Shown piece by piece: positions 49,656-60,930 of a stretch of 64,000 nt of DNA. How positions within the stretch are numbered: position 1 is the stretch's first letter; each line of letters begins with the position of its first letter. The notes under the pieces are model-generated. The model searched no databases, was not told where the DNA came from, and was given only the letters and a program-made list of their open reading frames with translations. Position numbers and translations under genes: made by a program. The DNA lies in assembly GCA_048772705.1 (NCBI GenBank), contig JBLWGC010000133.1, forward strand, positions 124,001-188,000. Reading direction: 5' to 3'. This DNA is from Leidyana gryllorum EB-2025a. Its lineage: Eukaryota > Protista > Apicomplexa.

Positions 49656-51338
49656 TCAATGATGAGGTCTGACTTCAGAACTGAGTACTGCCTCCACCCC
49701 ATTCGGACCAGCACTTTCGTGAGGGCCCGAACTCTCAAACACTGGCTTTTCCTCTGCTGCTGGCTCCGGTTTATATGCCTCCCGTGGCGGAGGTGTCGCT
49801 GGAGTGTCATCGGGCATACCTACTGCACCCCCACCCTCTGTACGACGAAGTGATCTGAACTGTGACCGTACGGTTGGTGGCGCTGGAATCGAGCCTGTCA
49901 TGTCCAACAGCTTCTCCATGTACTCAGGAGTGCTACCAGGTGTATGGTCAATCAACCACGACGATCGCTCTCCATCCTTGTTCGTCGGTTCACTACCTCG
50001 CAAATTTTGGCCACTGCTGCCACTCGCCGGCTCAGTGGCATTCGCCCCGACAACATTCTCCAACATGGTGTACAATGAGGTTTCCTGACTCAAATCGTCA
50101 CCGTGCCCATTCACCAATTCGTAACACCGATTTCTGAACCAGAAATACCCGTGGTTCACAGTGTCGATGAAATTGGACACCTCTGGGCCTTTCCCACAGT
50201 GACATTGATTGAATTCCAGGTCGCTGCTGTCCTTTGCCAGACGTGATGTGAAAGCGCCGGCTCCAGTCCCGGTACAATCCGTTCGCTGATAATTACGGCA
50301 CCCGTACCTAAGGAAAAATTGACAACAGTTCCACACACGTGTGTGATCAACGCCTACCATTCGTTGGTCACCTCCGTAGCGGGGGCGAATGGCGACAGGC
50401 CCTTGGCGTCCAGCGGTATGCGACCGGCACATAGGCCCTGCTCACAGCACGAATAACCCGTTGGGCAGTCTCCACAGGTGGAACCAGAGTAGTTGGGCTC
50501 GTATGGGTCCTTTCCGATGTTTCCAAAGTCATAATGACAGACGACGAAGGTCCTCCAATCGCCCTGCTTCTTACAATTGGAAACCACCGTGCATCCAACG
50601 CTGGTCATCTGAGGTCGCACTAATTGTTTGTAGTGACCAACTGGCCCTTTGGCTCCGGCCTTGGCGGCACCGGTGGCCCAATCGTAGTCTTCGCGTTCCG
50701 CATACCACTTGCTCACAACATCGCCTGAGCGCAAAGGTTGGACCTCGACGGATAATACGAACTGTAAACACTCACTGTAAGATTCATCAGGCGATCGCAC
50801 GGCCGAACTGGTGTACAGATTCTCGCCTGTGGCGATTCGGTATGGCCTGTGGGTGATGACTGATTTAAGTGTGTGTGAGAGGGACGTACCAACTTGGTAG
50901 ACCGTTGCTCGAGTCTGGGGAGTGCTCGAAGTATTTGGTAGATGGGTTGGTGCAAAGTGCCATTGCCCATTGGCGACTGTAGGCTTCCAGATGGAAGTCC
51001 CAGACCAACTTGGTCATGAATTTGGCCGCAGGAGCTTCGACTTTGCGAACGTAGTTGTGCATATCTAGGAGCTCCTTGCGAATTCGAAACCCATTGTCAG
51101 AGTCATCGGTATAGAACTCGCCCTCGGAGGATGATAGATCAGAGGTTCTCGGATTTTTCCCAGCATAATTGATACCATAGGGGTTTTGGCCGAAGGCATT
51201 GGGGAACGTGACCCTCAATACCTTCCCGTCCCGATTGGAAATACCATCGGGCTGCACCCCGCCCGTGAGGGCTGCCTGTAGCGACCGAAGGGGGGCTGCA
51301 GCAAAGACTGAAGTCGACAAGTACAGAAACCACCGCAT
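49656..51338 (-). CDS. Secreted CAP/SCP (cysteine-rich secretory) domain protein with Cys-rich extension
   Basis: Signal peptide, then LLDMHNYVR, MTKLVWDFHLE, FEHS, GENLY, GHYKQLV, SVGC and VVCHYDFGN...PY...CGDCP. Confidence 0.88.
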
Positions 51339-51409
51339 TAGCACTGCTTGGTCTTCTTCTCTATAAAGCTAAACACAAATGGGAAGAACCCCACCACAAG
51401 ACATGCACT

Positions 51410-52990
51410 TCATGGAAGCACAGTTAATCTGATCTTTGTTGGATTCTCCTTTCCGGCTGCGTAAAGATATAATATCTCCTCCTGCGATAATAGTTGACCA
51501 TCGACCAGCTCTCCGAAACTCAAGTCCAGTTTGTGTTTGTGCTCTTCGTGGAAAGCCTCTGGTAAGGCCCCATATAAGAGCCCCTGCAGCGATAAGCATG
51601 GCTTAATCAATCTCCGACACCTGGAGACTCACACTCTGTGTTCGAATAGTTGGCTTGGACACCTCTTTACCATCCAGCCACTCCCTCAGCAGTGTGCTGC
51701 GGGCCACTTCATTGTGCTCACCCATCATTAGTTTATCGCAACAAACAGTGCAATCCTACGACGACGTAGAACATCAATTAAGGCTTGGCTGGACTGGGCT
51801 TACTGGATTGCGTTCTAGCGTCAAACAGGTGATGTTAGACCCTTCAGTCCCATTATATAGAATATAAGTTCCCGTCAATGGATGGTATCCAAGCAACAGT
51901 TTGAGTAGCTGACAGTGTGTGTGGAGACACACGCGCGATGTTAGTACGACATTCCTCGCTGAGCCACTCACTTCGTTCACCAACAAGGTACCGATCACTT
52001 GATTCGTTGCGGAAATAGCAGGAACAATCCGCTGACAACACATGATATTTGGAGATCAGTAAGCGCCGGTAGTACCTTCACAGTGCCCAAAGTGAGCTCC
52101 GGCGTGATGCCTCCGATCCCAACCTCCGAACCCCGAATAATAGCTTGATCGGTCAGCCATTTTATGTCTTCCTCGGAGTCAAAGTCGGGAGCTCGCTCGA
52201 AGTTACGTGGCCATGTGACCATTAGGGCATAAGCTGAGCACCGGCACCCAAGATCGAACAGCTACCGTCATCGACGCTTACCAATGCAATGCTGGGGTAT
52301 GCGGGGTTTGTCGGCGACTGTGCACATTGGCCAAGTTTCTTGGGGAACAAAAGCGTCCATTGAACACTCGTAGCATGCAGTGCTTCCCGGAATGATTGTT
52401 CGGCAATGCCCCATGAATCCCTCAGTACCTCCGTCGATCATTGGCACCACAGTCGCAGGGTTTGGCATTAATACGCCTCCTTCGCTCTCTGCATATTGTA
52501 TAAGGTGACAGAGGGTGGCGTTGAGCCAACGTCGTGCCTCGAGGTTGTCCAAACCGGCTATCACAGCACTAAATTGTAGGAACCATTCTGGGGGAAAATC
52601 CTGTATCTTGCAGGTATGAGGTATCACACGAACGTCTGGCACGCGTGCCATGATTGCACTGGCAGCGGCTTCGGCCTTGGATTTGCCAATGTCCTTTTCC
52701 CTGAACAGTACTTGACGGTTCAAATTGCTCAGCTCCAGAGTATCGAGATCGACCAGCTCGATGTGCTTGACACCGCCAAGGGCAAGCGCTTTGAGGATGA
52801 AGTTACCCAAGCCGCCCGCCCCCACCACTAGAATCTTGCATTCGTGCAGCGACTCTAAAACCTAGTTTCCAGACATATGCTTGGAATACTCTCAATTGAA
52901 GTATCGTACCTCATCAACAGCTTCTCCTCCCTCTGCAGGTCTCAGTGACCGTTGGAGATGACGTGCTAAACTCGTCTTTTGCTGATGCAT
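51410..52990 (-). CDS. UBA3: NEDD8-activating enzyme E1 catalytic subunit
   Basis: Contains ILVVGAGGLG, LSNLNRQVLFR, GLDNLEARRWLN, IDGGTEGFMGHCR, catalytic WPMCTVADKPRIPQHCI and IVPAISATN. Confidence 0.88.
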
Positions 52991-53163
52991 ATGTCATTTT
53001 CTTTATCAGTTGATGCAGTACCCGACCACCTCTGTGACTGCAGTCTGCCTCTTGCGTTGGCAGGACTCTCAAAAAGCAACGTCTGTGGGAATAAAGGGAG
53101 TATTGGAGCTCGCTCCTCCTTTTTCGGTACATTGCCACCCCCCAATTCATCCCTCGTCCTGCG

Positions 53164-55356
53164 ATGTGGACATTCTGGTCAGCTCTATGTCTCTTCACTG
53201 CTCCGGTCTGGAGCCTCCTAACCGCGTTAAAGGATTGCAACGAGGCGGTAGATATTGTCTTCCTGCAAGATGTTAGTAGTTCCATGATGCCATTTGTACA
53301 CATCTTGCACAACGATATGGCCAATGTCGGCACCTTTCTAAATGACCGCCACCCCGAAAATCGATGGGCACTTATTCAGTTCCCCAGCCCACGAATTACG
53401 TCACATTATCAAGTGCCACCCTGCCTTCTTCTGAGAGCGCGGCTGAAGTATCGAACGCCCGAGTCTATGCAGCACGTTTATCAGGCACTCACCAGCTCCA
53501 ATGAAACACTAATAGAAACTGAATCTCGACCCCTGACAGCTTTACTTGGGGCAAACAGCAATTACCTGAATTGGAAATCATCCCAGAGACTTATTTTACT
53601 CATTACCGACGTAATCCCGGACCTATCACACACGTGTGCTACTGATCTCACACCTGCGTCTCATTGGCAATCCGCTTGCATTGATCCGTGTGAACCGGAT
53701 CCCATATATTTGAAACTGGCCTTAGAAGCCCAGGACACCACTCTGGCCGTCCTTTTACCGGGTACTGAAGGCGTCGACTCGAGAATTGCAAATGCCTGGA
53801 CCTTTCTACTCCAGGAGATAAATGGTCCCAATTCCTATCAACCCGGACTGCTGAAGCATTGTTCCGCAACAGAATGCACCAAGGCTATCACTCAGCTAGT
53901 CTCAGAATGGAGTTCGAGCCGGTGTCAAGATGCCACGACCTTAGTGCCACCTCTTAACAATGAAACAGCGCATATTGCAACTGCGACAGACGTCAATCCG
54001 GCCCAAGCTATTGACTTGGTGCCTAAAGTTTTTGAAGATCACGTATCTATCAAGAAGCACCATTCTTCGAATGAAACACATCCAATTGGTGACGCGAGGC
54101 CCGAAGTCGTTAGAGAGGAACGATCGGGCTTCGAGGAGGAGTGTCGGAAGACTCCGGCGGATTTGATGATTTTACAGGATGCCACGATGGGTCTGGACAT
54201 CAGCAAAGATGCATTAATCCCTGCGTTTGCGCAGGTCTTTGAGTTACTCAAATTGGACAATGCTCAGAGCCGAGTCGGCTTCCTCTCCTTTAAGGACAAG
54301 CCTTTCCCCCGTCTTGGCACTACTTTGGATTACTGCACCGAGCTGCATACGCCTTTGACAGAAGACATGGAAAGAGTGCTGGACGATATGCGCAGTTTAG
54401 GGTGTGGTGGGGGATGTGATGCGCCTGAAGCACAGTATATTGCTTTGATGGGCGCCGCTGAGGATCCGAGCATAGACTGGAGACATGGGCCACTGAATTT
54501 TAGCGTTCCATTCGTGATACTGGTGACCGATTCAGCTCCCCATTTCGCGGGAGATGCTGAGAAGGGTACCGTGTACACGGAACAATGGTGGGTCCCACGC
54601 CCCGGACAATGGCAAGGATGGGAGGCGGAGTGCTATGTGTACGACTATCCGGACCCTTTTGACTTGATCGATGTTCTTCAGCGGGCGGGGATACATGTCG
54701 GCATACTTCTGGTACCTCCACAAACGAGATACAACCAGATGCCAGGCGGTAGTCATATTTGTGATGCATCACAATCTGATGCTCATGACGGTCCCCTGGT
54801 GGCGGATGCATACAGATGGTTCCTATCAGAGCTTACAGGCGGATCGACTGCCGATCTCCTTGTGTGCTCGAGCGAGGAGTGTCCTGAGGCTATGCCCTGG
54901 CTGCTTGAGTTTTTTGCACGTGGCAAGGGAGACTTTTGTCGAGTTCCCTCTGACAATTCAGGGTCAGAGACCGACTCGGAGGGCAGTACTGAGCAATTCC
55001 TGACATCACTACAAATTGAGACAACCACCAGCTCGGTGGATGGTACCAAATCTGGTGAACCACCATCGAGCTCGACTTTGTACACGAGAATGACGACAGC
55101 AACGGAGGAAGGGGAGTACGATTGTGACAGTGACAGTGACAGTGATGTGGCAAGTGAAGGGGATGTTGATACGTCAACCCGTCCTGCTCATTGGGATCTG
55201 CAGCGGACCCGTCCGGGTCTCCAAAGGATGGGTTACACCTTCGTGTCGTTGGTGGGTGCGATGATACTGACGGGCGCCATGGGGATGGGTTTAGTGTCGC
55301 TGGGTCGAGAGGCTGAGGGGCCATCGTCGAGCGCATACCCGACACTAACCGAGTGA
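53164..55356 (+). CDS. Type I membrane adhesin-like protein with two vWA (integrin-beta I-like) domains
   Basis: Single 730-aa ORF with a signal peptide, DIVFLQDVSSSM (MIDAS), a second domain (GFLSFKDKP / DAPEAQ / DWR / VTDSAPHFAGD / YDYP), a Ser/Thr/acidic stalk, a TM helix and a short tail. Confidence 0.8.
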   Translation: MWTFWSALCLFTAPVWSLLTALKDCNEAVDIVFLQDVSSSMMPFVHILHNDMANVGTFLNDRHPENRWALIQFPSPRITSHYQVPPCLLLRARLKYRTPESMQHVYQALTSSNETLIETESRPLTALLGANSNYLNWKSSQRLILLITDVIPDLSHTCATDLTPASHWQSACIDPCEPDPIYLKLALEAQDTTLAVLLPGTEGVDSRIANAWTFLLQEINGPNSYQPGLLKHCSATECTKAITQLVSEWSSSRCQDATTLVPPLNNETAHIATATDVNPAQAIDLVPKVFEDHVSIKKHHSSNETHPIGDARPEVVREERSGFEEECRKTPADLMILQDATMGLDISKDALIPAFAQVFELLKLDNAQSRVGFLSFKDKPFPRLGTTLDYCTELHTPLTEDMERVLDDMRSLGCGGGCDAPEAQYIALMGAAEDPSIDWRHGPLNFSVPFVILVTDSAPHFAGDAEKGTVYTEQWWVPRPGQWQGWEAECYVYDYPDPFDLIDVLQRAGIHVGILLVPPQTRYNQMPGGSHICDASQSDAHDGPLVADAYRWFLSELTGGSTADLLVCSSEECPEAMPWLLEFFARGKGDFCRVPSDNSGSETDSEGSTEQFLTSLQIETTTSSVDGTKSGEPPSSSTLYTRMTTATEEGEYDCDSDSDSDVASEGDVDTSTRPAHWDLQRTRPGLQRMGYTFVSLVGAMILTGAMGMGLVSLGREAEGPSSSAYPTLTE

Positions 55357-55411
55357 GACTCGAGAACATACACATGGGTGTGCATGCCTTTTTTCTTGCA
55401 TCATTTTGGGA

Positions 55412-56562
55412 ATGGCTGAAGTACTACTGAGAGTCTACGACCTTTCACGTGGCCTCGCGGCCACTCTAGCGGGGCTGGAGGGTTTATGGCACACTGGCGT
55501 GTTGGTTCATGACATTGAGATATTCTATGGGGGCGGCATTGTTAAGGCGCAGAGTGCCGTGATAGAGCGTGAATATGGGATGCAGCCCAAGAAGATACTG
55601 AGATTGGGTACAACAAGCCGCACAATGCAAGAAATTGATGAGTGAGTCCACAAATTGATGAGCAAAATCGTATTGCACGCCAGCTGGATAGGCGAGAATC
55701 ATCGAGTGTTCAATGCGAACAATTATCGATTGGTCGATCACAACTGCAATCATTTCTCGAATGCGTTGGTGAAGTTTCTGATCCCTGAGGGGTCAGGGAT
55801 CCCAGTTGAGATATTGGAACAACATCGACGGGTTCCGGCTGGGCTTTTGAATCTGGTGCAGAACTTTGACGCTATGATGAATCAAAGAGGTCCGTTCCAG
55901 TGGGCGGCGAATCCATCTCCGTATGAGGTCGCCCTAAGAGCTCTGCACGACGCGTCCGGCGTGGACGAGGCGGCCAAGGTTGCCGCTATGGAGCTGCTAT
56001 ACAAAATATCGGCAGACATTTGTCGTCACGCCACAGATATGAGTTTGAGAGAGCACAAAATGGACTCGCTCAAAGCACTTGAAGTGCCGCACGGATTTGA
56101 GGCTTTGGAGGCACAGGGATGGAAGAAGGAGGGAGACTCATACGTGATCAAGGAAACGAATGTACAGGTTCTGAGCTGTCTGAAGAATGCCAGCAAGTTA
56201 ACACGAGCGGTTATTGACAAAGCTGACCACCCCTTGCAAGCCGGCATGGAGGCGCCAAGTGGCCATAGTGGACCTGCTCTCATGGGTTCTGGTTGGGGGG
56301 CCATGTGGGACGGAGTGCAGGGACTATTCCGCAGTCCTCAAATGAGCTCAAATGCACCCATGCCAATGGCCTCCCCCCAACAAACATATGCCTCGCAACT
56401 TGGTGCTCTCCGGGAAATGGGCTTCCAAGACGAAGAAGCAATGCTAAAGTGAGTTTGGTGCCTGCTTGAACGCGAACCCCATCGATCTGTGTGTGCAGCG
56501 CACTGGCCAGAAGTTCTGGAAACATCAATCAAGCCATAGACTTCCTGACTGGAGCTCGATGA
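55412..56562 (+). CDS. PPPDE/DeSI-1-like isopeptidase with PUB-like and UBA domains
   Basis: Contains VYDLSRG, LWHTGV (His) and YRLVDHNCNHFS (Cys). PUB-like segment is LLYKISADI...GFEALEAQGW. UBA is YASQLGALREMGF...ALARSSGNINQAIDFL. Confidence 0.85.
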
Positions 56563-56570
56563 TCTATCAT

Positions 56571-59500
56571 TCACTGAACGAGTTGTAGAATCAGGTGACG
56601 ATTAGTAGGACTCAACTCCTGCATAGCCGCTCCCCAACTATCCGCCATGGTGTCGCGGATCCCTGAGAAAAACCGACCCCAACATATATAGCAGTCGTAC
56701 AACGGAAAGACCCTTACAAATTGCCAACTCTCGCAGAATTGGGTCCACATGCGCTGGCAGCTGCGGTGCCCCGCCCGCACCTGCACCGTCAGGCGGTAGA
56801 GGAACCTCTGGCGCTGTTAGAAAAGACGCTACACACTCCAGCAGGGGTAGCGTATTGGCCTGCACAGCTCCCGGATTCTTGCTCATTGCTCGACAAAGGC
56901 CTGAAACCAGCCACATAGCTGAAACAGACAAATCGCACATACCAGTGAACGACTTTAACTTTTCGTGTGGTGTGCGGAAACGCGCCATCAGAGCACACCA
57001 AGGGGGCAACATTTGACTCAACACAGGAGACATCTTATCGGGCAGCCCACCGCAGAATCGGCCCTGAAAACCATTGTGTAACCGTCGCAAACAGCAGAAA
57101 TCATCGTGTGCCTACCAATGTTATACAAGCATTCTGGCGGAGTGCAATATTGCCAAGTGCGTGTGTGACAATCTCCGTCAACTTGGTGGCAATGTAGTCA
57201 GCCCAGGGCAGCATGGCCTCGGGCCCGAGGTTCTCGATGATCTCACCCAAAGCCCAACTCGCGTTGCTGCAGACAGACACGTTGCCCATCAAGCCTTGCG
57301 CCAACTATTGGTGGAGGCATTACATTAGTCGCGACAGAAAGAGCACTTACTGCAGGGATTATAGTACTCAGGTGCGGTTGGATAATATAACCATTCGAAA
57401 CTGCTAAATCACCAATCACAGCAAAGGTGCTCTGTTGCAAAGGCATCGAGCGCTTGAGAGTGGGGTCCTGGCCACACGGAGAGATATTGAAACTCCGCTT
57501 CCCTTTCGTAAAGCTCACCACTAAACACTTGAGCAAAGAGGGCATGATGTTCTGTGATTGCAGAGTCGGAGCATATCGTTCCTTGAGAGTTTCAGCTAAA
57601 TAGGAGATGAGGTCCAGGCACGCCTCAACAACGTCGTTGGAAGATGAAGTGGCACGGCCTTGTTGAAGCAGAGTGAGGTGAGTGTCGAGACACTCTATAC
57701 ATTTCGCAGTGATCGGAGCCGCCATGGGTTCAACGCCTGGTGAAGAGACAATAAATCAATCCAGCGCCAATCCAACACACACACGCACACACACTTACCG
57801 TCACCGATGGCCTGAACTATAGCCGATATACATTCTGCGAGCGCTGTAACTTGGAAGTCTGTGGGTTTGACTTGGCTCCAACGCTGGAAGAGCGGTTGTA
57901 AAAGGCTTTGGGAGTAATGGGTTGGGTGAGCCAGAACGAGTCCGTCTCCAACCCCTTGAGCCAGAGTGCCAATCGCGTCATACAAGATGAGTGTATTGCG
58001 CGCCTGATAGAGTTCTAGTGCTCTTTGGAAAGTCTCGAAGACTTGAGGCAGATAAGGAGTCATCAGAGTGCGAGCCCATTCCTCCAGGCCAGCCACTGAA
58101 GAGACCGCGGCTTCCTGGACACTCTTGTTTCGGTCAAGCATCCGTGAGAGAAGAGCCCGAAGGACGGGTTCCAGATAGGTTCCCGCATTCTCCATAGCGC
58201 ACACCCATGGGGCGAATCGGTTGAGACACCAACAACAGATACTGCGCAATAGTGGCTGAGAGTCTTCGCTCAACTGAACCAATAGGTTGAGCACATTGGG
58301 CACATAGCGGTCCAATTCCCTCAAACAGCCCTTTGAAATAGCGCCCAAAGCAAGGACGCCCGATTCTCGAACTTCCCACTGTTGAGCCTGTAGCCTTTGC
58401 TCTATCAACGGCAAACAATGTCTCATCATTCGCTCGTTGAAAGCCACGGCCAAACTGTCCAATGCCAAAGCAGCGCCTTTACGAACAGTCCATTTATCGC
58501 CCCAGGCGCGTTGGGCGTCGCCTCCTTCTGGTTCGTCGTCGTCCTCCTCCACATCTTGTTCACGACCTTGATGGAAACGAGGAGCCAGACTGTTCTCTTG
58601 ATCCGGGACTGCGGCGTTGTCGTCTTGAACTTGAGCTGCATCAAGCTGTTGGTAGTCAGCTTCAGAATACACGGTCTGTTCAACCAGGAGTGGGACCAGA
58701 CGCGGAAGATATGGCTCTATGAGCGAGACTGCTTCACTTTCCCGAAGAATTTCCGGCCAGAAGGAAGCAGCGTAGAGACGGATGTCGTAATACTCGTCGC
58801 CAATGCTCTGTGTCATAAGCTCAAAGACTGCTGGGGCGTTGGACAAGATTGGATCGATCTTGTACTCCATTACAGTCAGCATGGCTTTGATGACAGACGC
58901 TCTGATGCGACAGTCCGGCGACGTAGCCAAGTGACCCAGCATTGCCCAGAACTGATCAAAGTAGTGACTAGCGAACTCATTGCGCCCGAAAAGATGTCTG
59001 CTGTTGTAGATTTGCAGAATGTTCAACGAATCCAATCGCACAGAACTATCCACTTCTGTGCTTGCGCACACACGAAATAGGAGCGGCAGTATCTGCCGAT
59101 CAGAAACTTGAGCGAAATGACTGTCGCTTCCGACGGGATGATTCTCCCAACGCTGTTCCAACTCGTCTTCAGTGATCATCCGCAATGTCGTCAAAGCGGA
59201 AGTGACCATTTCCAAGTTGGACTCATTGGACTGCAATTGCTGCAAAAGTGTCCCAAGGGCTTCTGGATAGCATTCGATCCCATATTTGGTGACGATGGTA
59301 GTGACGACGCTCGAAGCTGTACGCCTTACAACCCCGTTGTGATCGTACAGTGCCTTAAGAACCAATCTTTTGACGTAATCCAACGCTTGATCAGTGAATA
59401 TGGCTCTGGGCTGCTCTACTTGGGGTTTTTGAGCGGCGGACGCGTAGTCAGCAGACGAAGGAGCAGAGGCAATAATCGTCTTGAGCAAAAGTCCAGCCAT

Positions 59501-59692
59501 TTGTCGCACTTCTTCAACCTCTTGACGCATCTCTGTCAGAATTGCCACACAATATCGAACAGCATCTGGACTCAGTCGTAGCTGCTCTACAGCCTCGCGA
59601 ACACGATTTTGTATCGCCGCATCAGGTGACTGAGCAATGCGGAATACCTCCACAATCTCTTTCAACGCAGTGGGCTCAGGGGTCCAGTCCAT
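56571..59692 (-). CDS. Transportin-1 / importin beta-2 (Kap104)
   Basis: Begins MDWTP, then RQMAGLLLK, acidic H8 loop VPDQENSLAPRFH...EEDDDE, WTVRKGAALALDSLA, RESGVLALGAI and NASWALGEI. Confidence 0.92.
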
Positions 59693-60120
59693 CTTGGGCT
59701 TCTGCCCCCCAACTAGGAGTGAAAATTTTGACGTACTTAGTCAACTACCAACTCTTACATTTCAATTAATCTATAATCTGGCAGGGGGAGTGACTTTGTG
59801 GTCACCGACTAATACCACAAGGCAGATAATAATAAGTCGTTGATTCAACACCATAATCTATCCGTCACTAGACCTCTATAATACCAAATCTGTTCCCAGA
59901 AGGCCACTATCCGTACTCCAATCCCCCTCGTTCCAATCCAGCCGATCACCAACCGGCCACTCCCATTGTACTCGGTCGTTCCCACACCCTAAACCGCAGC
60001 TCAGTCACAATAGGACTCTGACACTCCAAATAGTTGGGACAAAATACTTGTTTTGTGTCCGTCAGATGAGCCCCTGTTATTTTTTTCGCTTCGTTTTTTC
60101 CCTCAGTCACCCCGCTAGAG

Positions 60121-60790
60121 ATGGTCAAGTCTTGCCGCACTGTGGAGGAGACCAAGGAGTTCGCTTCCCAAAGTAAGTTCCTAATTTTCAACCCCAGACT
60201 CACGTCTCCCCACAACAGGCGTCAGCGCTAAGGGAGCTGACCTTCGTGTCCACTTCAAGAACACCTTCGAGACCGCCGCCGCTATCCGTGGCCGCCCAGT
60301 CGCTTCCGCCATCTCATATCTGGAGGATGTCCTCGAGCACAAGCGCTGCATTCCTTTCCGCCGCTACAACGGTGGCATCGGCAGAACCGCTCAAGCCAAG
60401 GAATTCAAGTTGAGCCAAGGCCGCTGGCCCGAGAAATCGGTTCGCAAGATCCTCGATCTTCTCCGCAACATCCAGGCCAACGCCGAATCTAAGAAGATCG
60501 ACCACGAGAAACTCTACATCTGGCACATCGCCGTCCAACGTGCTCAGAAGGGACGCAGACGTACCTACAGAGCCCACGGCCGTATCAACCGTAAGAACTG
60601 ACCTCAGCAAACCACTCAGATCAAACGCTCCTCTCTCTCTACAGCCTACATGTCCAGCCCCTGCCACATCGAGGTCATCTGCAGACAGTACGACCCCACC
60701 ACCACCAAGGGTGCTACTGACGAGGAACACAAGACCATCCGTCTTACTCGCAAACAGAACTTCGCCCGTAGACTGCGTGTCGGTGCGTGA
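60121..60790 (+). CDS. RPL17: 60S ribosomal protein uL22 (L17)
   Basis: Contains [41 protein letters not shown] and [21 protein letters not shown]. Two introns. Confidence 0.97.
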
Positions 60791-60930
60791 AGTTTCTGGC
60801 AATCTTTCTTTCTCTATGGGGGTCGGCATTGCACAACATTCCATTCAACACATTATTGAGGGATGAACGATGTGATCAATAGATCATACACGGACGAGCA
60901 TTATTTCTCTTTGCGATTCCATCAAACGCT

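Noticed and set aside
59986-59995. ACCCTAAACC telomere/telo-box-like motif upstream of RPL17
   Set aside because: It is a single short copy, which is expected by chance.
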